DNA of 63,664 nt, the filler included, from Octopus bimaculoides (lineage: Eukaryota): the NCBI RefSeq assembly GCF_001194135.2. It is 6 parts of 6 records of this genome, joined end to end, with 100 filler letters (N's around TTAATTAATTAA, not from the genome) between each part and the next. Parts side by side here need not be neighbours in the genome. Positions count along the whole stretch, not along the records: positions 23,500 to 38,118 come from NC_068983.1; positions 38,219 to 51,536 come from NC_068985.1; 4 more parts are not named here. One strand, 5' to 3'. The number at the start of each line of letters is the position of its first letter. Position 1 is the first letter of the stretch. Positions 27,009 through 38,493 of this stretch are shown one piece after another. The position numbers and the translations under genes were made by a program. The notes under the pieces are model-generated. The model was not told the origin of the DNA. It worked only from the letters and a program-made list of their open reading frames with translations, and did no database searches.

Positions 27009-28579
27009 AGCCTTTTCAAATATTAAAATTTAAGTTCTTCTCATACACGACGTGCTGTGCATAAAATATGTAACTTAAATGATGACGAACCGTCTAGAAA
27101 ATCATAAATATGAAGATTAAGCTATCCACTATGTCGACAGCTTAATTCACTACTGATTTTATAAGAGCTGAATTTTCTATACCATAGAATACGGAATAAA
27201 ACTGTAATTTCTTTTTCAATCTTTACAGAAGCTATTTAACGGTCCACTAGGAGTGTTCATCCTTATTTCTCTGCATCTAAAACCATAGGAGAAGTGAATT
27301 TGTAAGTTCATTTCTCCAAAGAAAGACTTCAAGAACTTATAGATTTTATTTTTGTTGATTCACGCCGGTTTATGCCAAAACTATAAAATATTCAATTACT
27401 ACCGGACCGTCGAAAACACATTCATGCAAATTAGGCAATAAATTATGGTGCTAATCTAATTTATGAGTGCTTAATTCAACGGAAGAATATATTATGCTAT
27501 TATTGAGGTACGAAGCTTAAGAGGCATTTTCTCAAACGAGCCTCCAACAAACTTTGAAACAGTCCATCAAGAAACTTCCATTTCTTTCTGCACATGAAAA
27601 GCATATGAAGAATATGTTTACATTCTCATTTTCCCTCACAACTCGGCGTTTTTAAAAAAATGATTTTGACTCCTTCTGATTGAAGCATAGAAACATACAC
27701 ATGTGTGTATATGTGTGTATGCATGTATAANNNNNNNNNNNNNNNNNNNNNNNNNNNNNNNNNNNNNNNNNNNNNNNNNNNNNNNNNNNNNNNNNNNNNN
27801 NNNNNNNNNNNNNNNNNNNNNNNNNNNNNNNNNNNNNNNNNNNNNNNNNTTTGTATATATATATATATATATATGTCTCTTAAAAGATAGAGCTCAAAAT
27901 CGATGCATTGAAGATACTTTATTGCAGCAACAATTATAATAGCAGAAACAACCACAATAAACCAAACCTATGCACATTTCAATAGGTTATCCAGGATAAA
28001 TAAACCACATCGTAAGATGTCTCATAAAATATTATAACATATTACAACATATTACAAATTACAAATTATAAATTATAAATTGCTGGATACTCCATCTCTT
28101 CAGGGTCGCATTATTGCCATCACCAATACTACTATTATTAGCAAAACACACACATCATCAAAGAGGGTGAAAGAATAATCGACGGTACGCAACCTACCAT
28201 CGTTATTTTCTTTCAGAATGTAAACAAACAAATCAAATCAAATCCAGTGACGTGCACCGCCCGGTTTACAGCGTAAAAATCCCTTGCCAAACATTTTTCC
28301 CCATATACATCAAGATTTCCTAATGGATCTTTCTATAACCATAATATATTAACTATACCCACCCGTACACACGCGCACACACACTATATATATATATACA
28401 CCCCAACACACAAATGTAGGTGTATATATATACATATATATATGTATATATACGTACGCATTTATCGATCTATAGAAATGATTGTACACGTATGTATATG
28501 TATATGTATATATATATGTGAGTGTGTGTCTGTTTGTGTGTGTGAGTGCGTGTTTGTGTGCTTGTGCGTGTGTGTTTGT

Positions 28580-28627
<48 letters not shown>

Positions 28628-31047
28628 GTATTTTTTACTAGCATCCTTGTGTGAATTCATTACATTCTAGATGTTTGCAATCTTTCTTTCTTTTATGCCC
28701 TTGGCAAGTTAATTTATAAACCTCAGAAAAGGCATATGAAGTTTGAAATACATTTATTAGCATCGTATGGTTGTGTATTAGCTAAGTGATATTTTCAAAA
28801 AATAGCCGAAAGAGGAGTCTCAATTTACGTNNNNNNNNNNNNNNNNNNNNNNNNNNNNNNNNNNNNNNNNNNNNNNNNNNNNNNNNNNNNNNNNNNNNNN
28901 NNNNNNNNNNNNNNNNNNNNNNNNNNNNNNNNNNNNNNNNNNNNNNNNNNNNNNNNNNNNNNNNNNNNNNNNNNNNNNNNNNNNNNNNNNNNNNNNNNNN
29001 NNNNNNNNNNNNNNNNNNNNNNNNNNNNNNNNNNNNNNNNNNNNNNNNNNNNNNNNNNNNNNNNNNNNNNNNNNNNNNNNNNNNNNNNNNNNNNNNNNNN
29101 NNNNNNNNNNNNNNNNNNNNNNNNNNNNNNNNNNNNNNNNNNNNNNNNNNNNNNNNNNNNNNNNNNNNNNNNNNNNNNNNNNNNNNNNNNNNNNNNNNNN
29201 NNNNNNNNNNNNNNNNNNNNNNNNNNATATATATCTTTTGCGTGCATACATATTGAATGATATAAGAAAATGTGCAGGGTGGCGGTGGATTAGTGTATGT
29301 GTGTAAGTTTGTGTGTTTTTAAGTGTGTGTGTGTGTGTGTGTGTGTGAAAATTCATATTCTTAAATTCAAGCCGAAAAACGAAAAACGATGTAAGTGTAA
29401 ATAGAGAGAAAAAAATCTCCCTTTCCAGTGATTAATGCAGAACGTATATTACTGGCTAAATAATATATCAATGTTAGTTTTATCAACAGTAGGGAGCTGG
29501 CAGAATTTTTACGACCTCGTATTGAATGCGCAGCGGCCTTTCTTACGGCTTTTGTGTTCTGATTTCAATCTCCTCTCGGGTCGATTGTTTCGGGTTGACT
29601 GTCATCCCTTTCGAGAATCAGTAAAATAGATATCCGTCAAGAACTCAGGGAATCGGTGAATTTTCAAATGGAATCGTACCCTAAAATTGCTGGTCTTGTG
29701 CAAAAATTGCTGGTCACTTGACTGCGGCCATGCTAAGCACTGCTTTGAAGGGTTTTCGTCAGGTGTGAGAGATGACTATATTTATTCCACCAGTTGATAT
29801 CCTTAGGATAACGGCTGTTTCACAGGTTTCATCAAAAGTGAATAGTAAATTATTTGACATGTCGGCACTATTATGCATGTTAACACATCAACCCCTGTAC
29901 TTATTTCTTTAAGGTTTGGTACCAAAGTTTTCGGTACCTCTTGAACAGAGGCATTCCGTTACTACTACGTAAACAAATGTTTACCTGTTGACAATCATTT
30001 AGAGTCAAACTCAGAAATGCAACTGTTTGTGTACTTCCTCATTTTTTCCAGCACCAAATTCACTTAGAAAGCATTAGCACACCTACTGCTATAGTAGAAG
30101 ACACCTCTCTAAACACCATGCAATGGAGCTAACCTCTAGTCATGTGGTGGGGTATATTGTTATAATTCTGTTTAATTGTTTGCGAGTCTCTACGTTAAAT
30201 GATAACACCCGATGAATTCCAAGGATTTTCAATTTATTTATGGATAATTCGTGTATATTATTTGTTCTCATTCAGATAATCGATTATGAATTAAAGTAAC
30301 TAGTTAGAAAATCTCACTAAGTGATGAATGTAGTAACTATAATAAATAATGTTTATCGCCACATCAGTATGGTTGCTGGACGTTACTACCCTTAAAGCCA
30401 GGTAGAGCCTCTGTCAGCTGGTTATCGGTGCAATCTGCACCCGATCTATATTGCAAACGTAGGAGCGAACTCCTTTCATGTTCTAGCAGGCGACAGGATC
30501 ATCAGAACGAAAGGTTTCGGGATATTTGAGCCCAACCTTCAGCGGTGGACACCAGGTCGCTACAAATTCTTCGAAAAGGATTAGAGTGTGTTATTTTAAA
30601 GATTGCAGTAAATCAAAGAATGCAATATAACAACTGCTGCAATGATGTTAGGTAATGCTGTTGACGGTTCCTGAAAAAACAATGCGTCACTATCTAATAG
30701 ACTCTTTATACATTATAAGGTGTTGTATTGTCGAATGTTTGAGAAACCCGCTTTACGGCAAAGAGGTTTTTTGCTGCCCACCAAGTGCGTGTGTTACTGA
30801 AGGACAATACGTGTTACTGAAAGAAAATATGTGCGTGTGTGTATTTGTGTGCACTCGTGTGTGTGTGTGGGGGGGGGGGTTACTGTCGTGGACCAAAGAA
30901 TTATAATTGAAGTTTGGTAGTTTCGAAGAATGTTCAACTATCTTCATACTAATTAATAGAGTCGGCATTGCACTTGACTGAACATCTGCCTATTTATAAC
31001 AAAACCTACAGCAACTCATTTACTTTTAATATAGGGTCTTACATAAG

Positions 31048-31235
31048 GGTGGCGAGTCAGCAGAATCGTTAGCACGCCGGGAAGAATGCTTAGCGCCATT
31101 TCGTCCAGCTTTACGTTCTAAGTTCAAATTCCGCCGAGAATGACTCTGCCTTTCAGGGGTCGTCAATAAAGTAAGTATCAGTTGTGTACTGGGGTCAACT
31201 TACCCCTCACCCGAATTGCCTGGCCTTATGCAGAA
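31048..31235 (+). mobile_element. SINE family B
   Basis: ggtggcgagtcagcagaatcgttagcacgccggg...gttcaaattccgccgag. Confidence 0.8.
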
Positions 31236-31848
31236 ATATGAAACCAACATACAATTAATGTGGCGGAAAGGTAACCCAAAGTATGCGTAACTTTAACTGC
31301 CGTCGGGGCGATAAGTTCGGATACAGATTCTAATCTCTATTGTAACATTTTAATTCTTTTTATGTTTGAACAGATCTGCAGTCGACTGAAAACTCCCTCC
31401 AGTTCTTGAGTGGTACTTTATTTTATAGTCTTTGGCAAAAACAAACAAAGTTTAATTTCGTCTTACTGAGAATTGAAATCAGAACGAGTATGTTGAGTAA
31501 AAACAAGTAATATAATATATTTTATCCAACTATTTGATTATTCTACCGATATACCGGTCCCACCGAACAAAATATTTTCGGGTATTTAATTTTTGTTATC
31601 TTTACATTTAGAATTCAAATTCTTCTGAAATACATTTCACTTTCCGCTATTCAAAAAACGAATGACGGTCAATTCGAACTCGACGGAATGTAAACTCTGA
31701 ATACATCTAAAAGAAGACATCTTACTCGCTAATCTTTCGATACTATCGAACTAATGAAACATATAGTTGTATTATTCTTTCTTTTTCTCTCTGTTTATTT
31801 CATGATAATGAATTAAGCACATTTTTATTGATAGAAAACATGACATTG

Positions 31849-31952
<104 letters not shown>

Positions 31953-32607
31953 TAAACGTGATTTATATGCGTATATGCGCGTGTTGTAGACGACTATGTG
32001 TGTTGTGTGGTTGGAAGCTCGTGTCGCAGAGAGTTAAGCTAAAGATAATACTTAATTACATGATGTATTGTTTATTTGTTTAATGACAGGAAGCCGTAAC
32101 TTCACTCTTGTCACTAATCCACGTTTCTCGTTTCGTGATTTCTTAGTGCCGGTTTGTCTTTAATCAAATAAATTGGTAATGGCCTACTTTATACAGCATA
32201 AATTCTTGTAATGTAGCAAGATATTTTTTAGAACACGCATCGACTCCTGAAACCAGACTTCAGTTTCAAAACTTCAGACAACTCTGAGCTAAGAAATGTT
32301 ATGTCTGACGTAGGGATGCAGTCTTTATAGAACAGTCTTGATGCGTTTAGACAACCTGTGATCTCGTGGATGGGTCTTAATATGACTGGATTTCATTGTG
32401 CTTCTATAAAGTATATTAAGACGGCGGGAAAAATTGCTGGGGAGGAAGAGACATACTTAATGCACGTAGATAATTATAGAAGGAAAACGATAGACGTTTG
32501 GAAATACCGAGAAACTTGGGATAAGAAACAGCAGTGTATATATCTCTCCTCCTTCTCTCTCTATATATATACATATATAGAGAGAGAGATAGATAGATAG
32601 ATAGATG

Positions 32608-32660
<53 letters not shown>

Positions 32661-33088
32661 ATATATACATACACATACGTGTGTATATATATATATANNN
32701 NNNNNNNNNNNNNNNNNNNNNNNNNNNNNNNNNNNNNNNNNNNNNNNNNNNNNNNNNNNNNNNNNNNNNNNNNNNNNNNNNNNNNNNNNNNNNNNNNNNN
32801 NNNNNNNNNNNNNNNNNNNNNNNNNNNNNNNNNNNNNNNNNNNNNNNNNNNNNNNNNNNNNNNNNNNNNNNNNNNNNNNNNNNNNNNNNNNNNNNNNNNN
32901 NNNNNNNNNNNNNNNNNNNNNNNNNNNNNNNNNNNNNNNNNNNNNNNNNNNNNNNNNNNNNNNNNNNNNNNNNNNNNNNNNNNNNNNNNNNNNNNNNNNN
33001 NNNNNNNNNNNNNNNNNNNNNNNNNNNNNNNNNNNTATATATATATATACATACATACACATACGTATACATATATACATACACATAC

Positions 33089-33140
<52 letters not shown>

Positions 33141-33295
33141 ATTTATATATATATATATATATATACGTATATCTACATACACACACGTATATATATGTGT
33201 GTGTGTGTGTGTATCTATGTATGTATATATGCAAATATGTATCTTTCTCTCCTTCTATATATATATATATGAATGGGTAAGTATGTTTGTATATT

Positions 33296-33332
<37 letters not shown>

Positions 33333-34478
33333 ATGCTTATCTGTGAGTGCGTATGTGTGTATGTGTGCGTGTATGTGTGCTTGTATGTGTATGTGAGTCC
33401 GTATGTAAATGCGTGAGTGCATATCTGTAGATCTATACTTTACATGACAAAACTGTAATTTACTGGAAGAAAGAAAAAAGGTCCTGAACAATAGAAGAGA
33501 AGAGAAAAAAGTAAATAAACAACATAAAAACTAAACAAGTAAATAAACAAAAATATAATGGCCCAGCAACGGTAATGGAGGAGACGTCAGGTTTGTTATA
33601 ACCAATTACACATTGTCACAAATAAGACACGAGGATTTTGGTGCATTTGTAATTTTCGCCAGCACTAAAGCATTAGCAGAGAAGGATCCTTAATTATACA
33701 TTCGATAAAGAACGAAGAATAAGATTTTGTGGATGTTGAATATGTTGTTGTGAGTTGTGTGTAAATACTGACGTATAAGAGTGTCCGTGACAGTTTTGTC
33801 AGTCACTTTTTCGCGTAATAGACATGTGTCAGAAAATGTAGAGTTTTATTTCCCTCGACCGAAATCGGCAAATGAAATCAACCGTAATTGCTTCATAATT
33901 GAGAAGAACCCTTTAAGTGTTGCTAAAGAATAGAGAAAGAAAGAGAGAGAGAGAGATTGTATTTGAGTTGAGTACTTCTTGAGGCAGCCAAATATTATAT
34001 AGGAAGATGGTGTGTGTTTTAGGCGTAAAATGCAGCGGTTTCAGAGAATTTCAGCATACATAAAGCAAAGGGTTTTTCCTGGTGAGCTGTGTGAAATATT
34101 TATGATGAGACCTGAAATTGTCTGGGTGTCTGAAAAGCCTTAATGTCTGACATTTATTTGGTTAATTCAGAGAAAATCACGTCCAATTAACTTAATGAAA
34201 GCCTAAAGAAAGACTACAAATCGTTCACTTATTCTAAAATGTTTCCATGAACAAATTGTAGACGGACGGTTAATACGATTGTTTCATTTCATTCGTTTTA
34301 TTCATTTTATCCACACGAGGTTTCTATTTAATGACGTAGGGAATACATAAAATTATCCCACAAGTCAGGGAAATAATATAACCCGAAGATTCCGAGTTCA
34401 ATCCCCACTGAATGTGGCATTTCAGAATCAGCAGGAGGCCACCTAGGAATCATCGTAAGTGGGCCCGGTTCTATTATC

Positions 34479-34757
34479 ATGTCAGGAACAAGCGCACCGA
34501 ATCACTTGCTTGACAGGAGTTCTTCCTCTCCAGATTTCCTCTGCCGCCCGTTCGCTCCAGGGTGAGTAACTACATATTAATATATTTCCATGAATATATT
34601 GTAGAAAGACAGTAAATATGATTGTCTTATTTTTTGTTTCAGACAAGATTTCTATTCAAAGAAGGAGAGTGTGTGCTGGTCCTCCATAACTGATAGTTGT
34701 TTCTTGCAACAAAAGAGCCGAGCATTCGACGGTTTGTACCAGAAGCCAGAAATATAA
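34479..34757 (+). CDS. Candidate two-exon short ORF or 5' UTR exons of an unknown transcript (81-nt intron 34562-34642)
   Basis: Strong donor CAGG|GTGAGT and acceptor TTTTTGTTTCAG|; one frame stays open across the junction (65 aa from ATG 34479). No recognisable homology. Confidence 0.3.
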
Positions 34758-35035
34758 ACTAAAGTCCTTCCACTGATAAAAAAAAGTTCAACTAGAAAAG
34801 ATAACACGCCGCATAATAATATTCAGAATTACTCTGTACTTTTCAAGAAAAAGTGACTACAGGTTACAGATAAAATGTATATGACTACAGAATAGCTTCG
34901 TCAGCGTTGACGTGGTAATAAACAAAATCAACAATTAGTTATTGAAAAGCTGGGATGAGTCTCATAAGTATATTACCCAATGAAATACGAATGATGCACA
35001 CGAATAATTATTATGTGAATTTGCACGTAATATAT

Positions 35036-35356
35036 GAAGGCGCATGGCTCAGTAGTTAGAGCGTCGGGCTCACAATCGTGAGGTAATGAGTTCGATTCCC
35101 GGACCGGGCTATCAGTTGACACTTTAGTTCACGTTGCTCCAGTTCACTCAGCTGTAGAAATAAGCTGCGACGTCATTTGTGCCAAGCTGTATCGGCCTTT
35201 AACTTTCCTTTGTATCACATCAGTGACGTGGAGAGGGGAGGCTGGTATGCATGGGCCACTGCTGGTCTTCCATAAACAATTTTACCAGGATTTGTGCCTC
35301 ACAGGGTAACTTCCTAGCGACAATCCCATGGTCATTCATGATCGAAGGGAGTCTTT
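35036..35356 (+). mobile_element. tRNA-derived SINE family C
   Basis: ggcgcatggctcagtagttagagcg (A box)...gagttcgattccc (B box)...tail ending gtcattcatgatcgaaggg. Confidence 0.85.
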
Positions 35357-35358
35357 AA

Positions 35359-35906
35359 TTTATCTTACCTTTTACATTTAGGACTTAATATATCTTAAAC
35401 GCCTTGTGTATTTCGTACTCATAAAACGATATCGTTAGTTAAAGTTAACGAAATATGATAACCAGTCTTTAATATCGTCCTTATGTATCGGAGAATTATA
35501 CCCAGACAACGACTAAAATTGATAAAGAGAAACGAAAGAAATGGTAAAAACTCCAGGTTGCATAACTTCAAAGTAAAATAGGAAATATAAAAATATAAAA
35601 TACATAGGTGCAGGTGTGTCTGTGAGGTAAGAAACTTGCTTCCCAAACAGATGGTTGAAGGTTCAGTCCCACTGCGTGGTATTTTGGGCAAGTGTTTTCT
35701 ACTATAGCTTCGGGCCGACCAAAACCTTGTGAGTGGACTTGGTAGACGGAAACTGAATGAAGCTCGTCATGTGTGTGTGTGTGCCCGTGTGTGCGCGTCT
35801 GTGTGTGTGTGCGTCTGTGTATGAGTGTGTGTCTCTCGTTTTATGAGTACGAAATACACAAGGCGTTTAAGATATATTAAGTCCTAAATGTAAAAGGTAA
35901 GATAAA
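35359..35906. repeat. Perfect 71-bp inverted repeat (35359-35429 / 35836-35906)
   Basis: tttatcttacc...cataaaacga and its exact reverse complement. Confidence 0.95.
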
Positions 35907-36085
35907 CAGCTTGACAATCGGTGTTGGTGTGTTTACGCCCCCGTAACTCAGCGGTTTGGTTGATAGAATAAATACTAGTCTTATAAAAAAAATTCCTGGG
36001 GTCGATTTGTTCGATTAAATTCCTTCAAAGTGGTGCTCCAGTGTGGCCGCATTCAAACGACTGAAACGATTAAAAGAAAAGAATA
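35607..36085 (+). mobile_element. SINE family A carrying the inverted 71-bp insert
   Basis: Head, (GT)n, insert, then the tail resumes at acagcttgacaatcgg. Confidence 0.85.
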
Positions 36086-36406
36086 AACATAAATTAAACC
36101 GGAAGATAAAAATAATACAAGCAATCACTCCTAAGTTGACGTCCACAAATATAAATAAAATAGATTAATGTATGGATGACATACAGGATAAATCCAGTTT
36201 AAAGATATCAGATATTATAAGCTTGAAAAACATTAAAAACACACGAGCGATAAGTTCAAGATTATTTTAATTATATCCCAACAGAGACTGATAAATCTGA
36301 ATAATTTAAACAAAATTACGATCAGGGACATAAGCCTAATGAGTGGATTTCGCAGACGAGAACTGAAAGCAGCCCGTCATGTATATATATATATATATAT
36401 ATATGT

Positions 36407-36439
<33 letters not shown>

Positions 36440-36901
36440 NNNNNNNNNNNNNNNNNNNNNNNNNNNNNNNNNNNNNNNNNNNNNNNNNNNNNNNNNNNNN
36501 NNNNNNNNNNNNNNNNNNNNNNNNNNNNNNNNNNNNNNNNNNNNNNNNNNNNNNNNNNNNNNNNNNNNNNNNNNNNNNNNNNNNNNNNNNNNNNNNNNNN
36601 NNNNNNNNNNNNNNNNNNNNNNNNNNNNNNNNNNNNNNNNNNNTTAATGGTTCTGCAAAAGAGGCCGGTAGAATAAGGTCCAGGCTTTTAAAAAATAAGT
36701 ACTGGAGTGGATTTGTTTCACTAAAACTCTTGGAGGTTATGCCCCAGCATGGTCGTACTCAAGTGACTGAAAGAAGTTAAAGATCAAAAGATTAAGGATA
36801 AGATACAGGTTTATCAAATACCATACAGTATCTATTTATTTAATTCATCTCCTTCTCTAGAGAATGCCTCAGAGTTACCAAATTGCAATTGAGAGCAGTT
36901 C

Positions 36902-36937
<36 letters not shown>

Positions 36938-38073
36938 TCAAGAACAAAGCGTCGTCCAAAGATGTCAAGCCATTAGCAGAAATGGCTGCTCACTTGGCTA
37001 TCTGCGGTCAGAAAAGTCTCTCAAGAATTAATTGGTGTCAAAGGCACGACAAACTTTATCTTAATTTCAGTAGCCATGGGATTAAACAGATGCAACAAAA
37101 GAGTAGAAAATATTTACGGCCTACATAATTTGAGAAAATTTTACAAAAAATGAACTATGACAAATAACTCAGAATAGCCAGTGGAATGTGTTTGAACAAC
37201 GTAGACAAACATAGACGAATTGAGTCTTGAAATTATCTCCCTTTGTCATCTGAAACCTGTCATAATTGACATTTGGTAATATTGACGTATCTTCTGGAGG
37301 CAGAGATAATTTTAATAAATCAAGAATTTATGCTGCTTCATATTTTATATATCTGTGTTTGTCTATAAGATAGTTAAAACAGACTATTAGGCGGGAAGAG
37401 AGTAGTTAGTGGTAAACCTTAATAAATACATTGATATCCCTATTTATAATTTACATAGACAAATAGATATATGTATGAGAAATATTTTCCCACAATAACA
37501 TTCGCGCATTAACAAAAGTATACGTACACACTGCCGGTTATCCACGTACATAATCCTGCCCATAACCGCGTATATAGACAAATTAATACGCAAAAATACG
37601 TACAAAATCAATACAAGTCTCAGCCTACTTACAATATAAGTAATCTATAATAAATTTATACAGCCCAGTATATGTAATATATAATAAACAAGCAATTTGA
37701 TAAAATATATCAAGGATACTTAAGAGATATGACAATAAACAGGTGACTCAACCAGAGCAATACTTAATCGATACGAAGGCATTTTTCATATATCTGGCAA
37801 GATTGCATACGCTGTTTTCTAAGCACATGAACACTGCAACAGTACGCTAATATCATAATGATACGAGATATAATGCATTACAGTCAGATAATATAAGTAG
37901 CAGTAAATAAGCACGTAATGATGTTAATATCAAACGTAACGGCGGACATTTCTTCAATAGTTATTTTACATGCGTATCTAATCAGGGTGACCCTTGAAAT
38001 ATAACAGAATTTAGATACATCATGTTAGGATATAGATGTATATACATATATGTAAAAATAAGAAACAACCTTA

Positions 38074-38118
<45 letters not shown>

Positions 38119-38493
38119 NNNNNNNNNNNNNNNNNNNNNNNNNNNNNNNNNNNNNNNNNNNNTTAATTAATTAANNNNNNNNNNNNNNNNNNNNNNNNNN
38201 NNNNNNNNNNNNNNNNNNATATGTATATATAGGAGTGTGTATATGTGTATGTATTTATATACATAACTTAGCCCTATGAACTTTCTAAACATTCTGACCA
38301 AGCCTAGAGGCACATCCAAGTACCTTAATTTTATCTACCAAATACTACTGTTCACAGAAGGGATGGAAGTAACATGTGGGGTACTCTGACCTCTTGACTG
38401 AAACAGCTGTAAGAAACTGTTCTAATTTCTATATTCTAATAATTACTGGTATTTTTATATATGCAAAGCATAACCTATTATACATGTATGTAT

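Noticed and set aside
29435-29488. MQNVYYWLNNISMLVLST as the Ig gene's leader exon
   Set aside because: The only donor is phase 0, which puts Ig exon 1 out of frame with an early stop.
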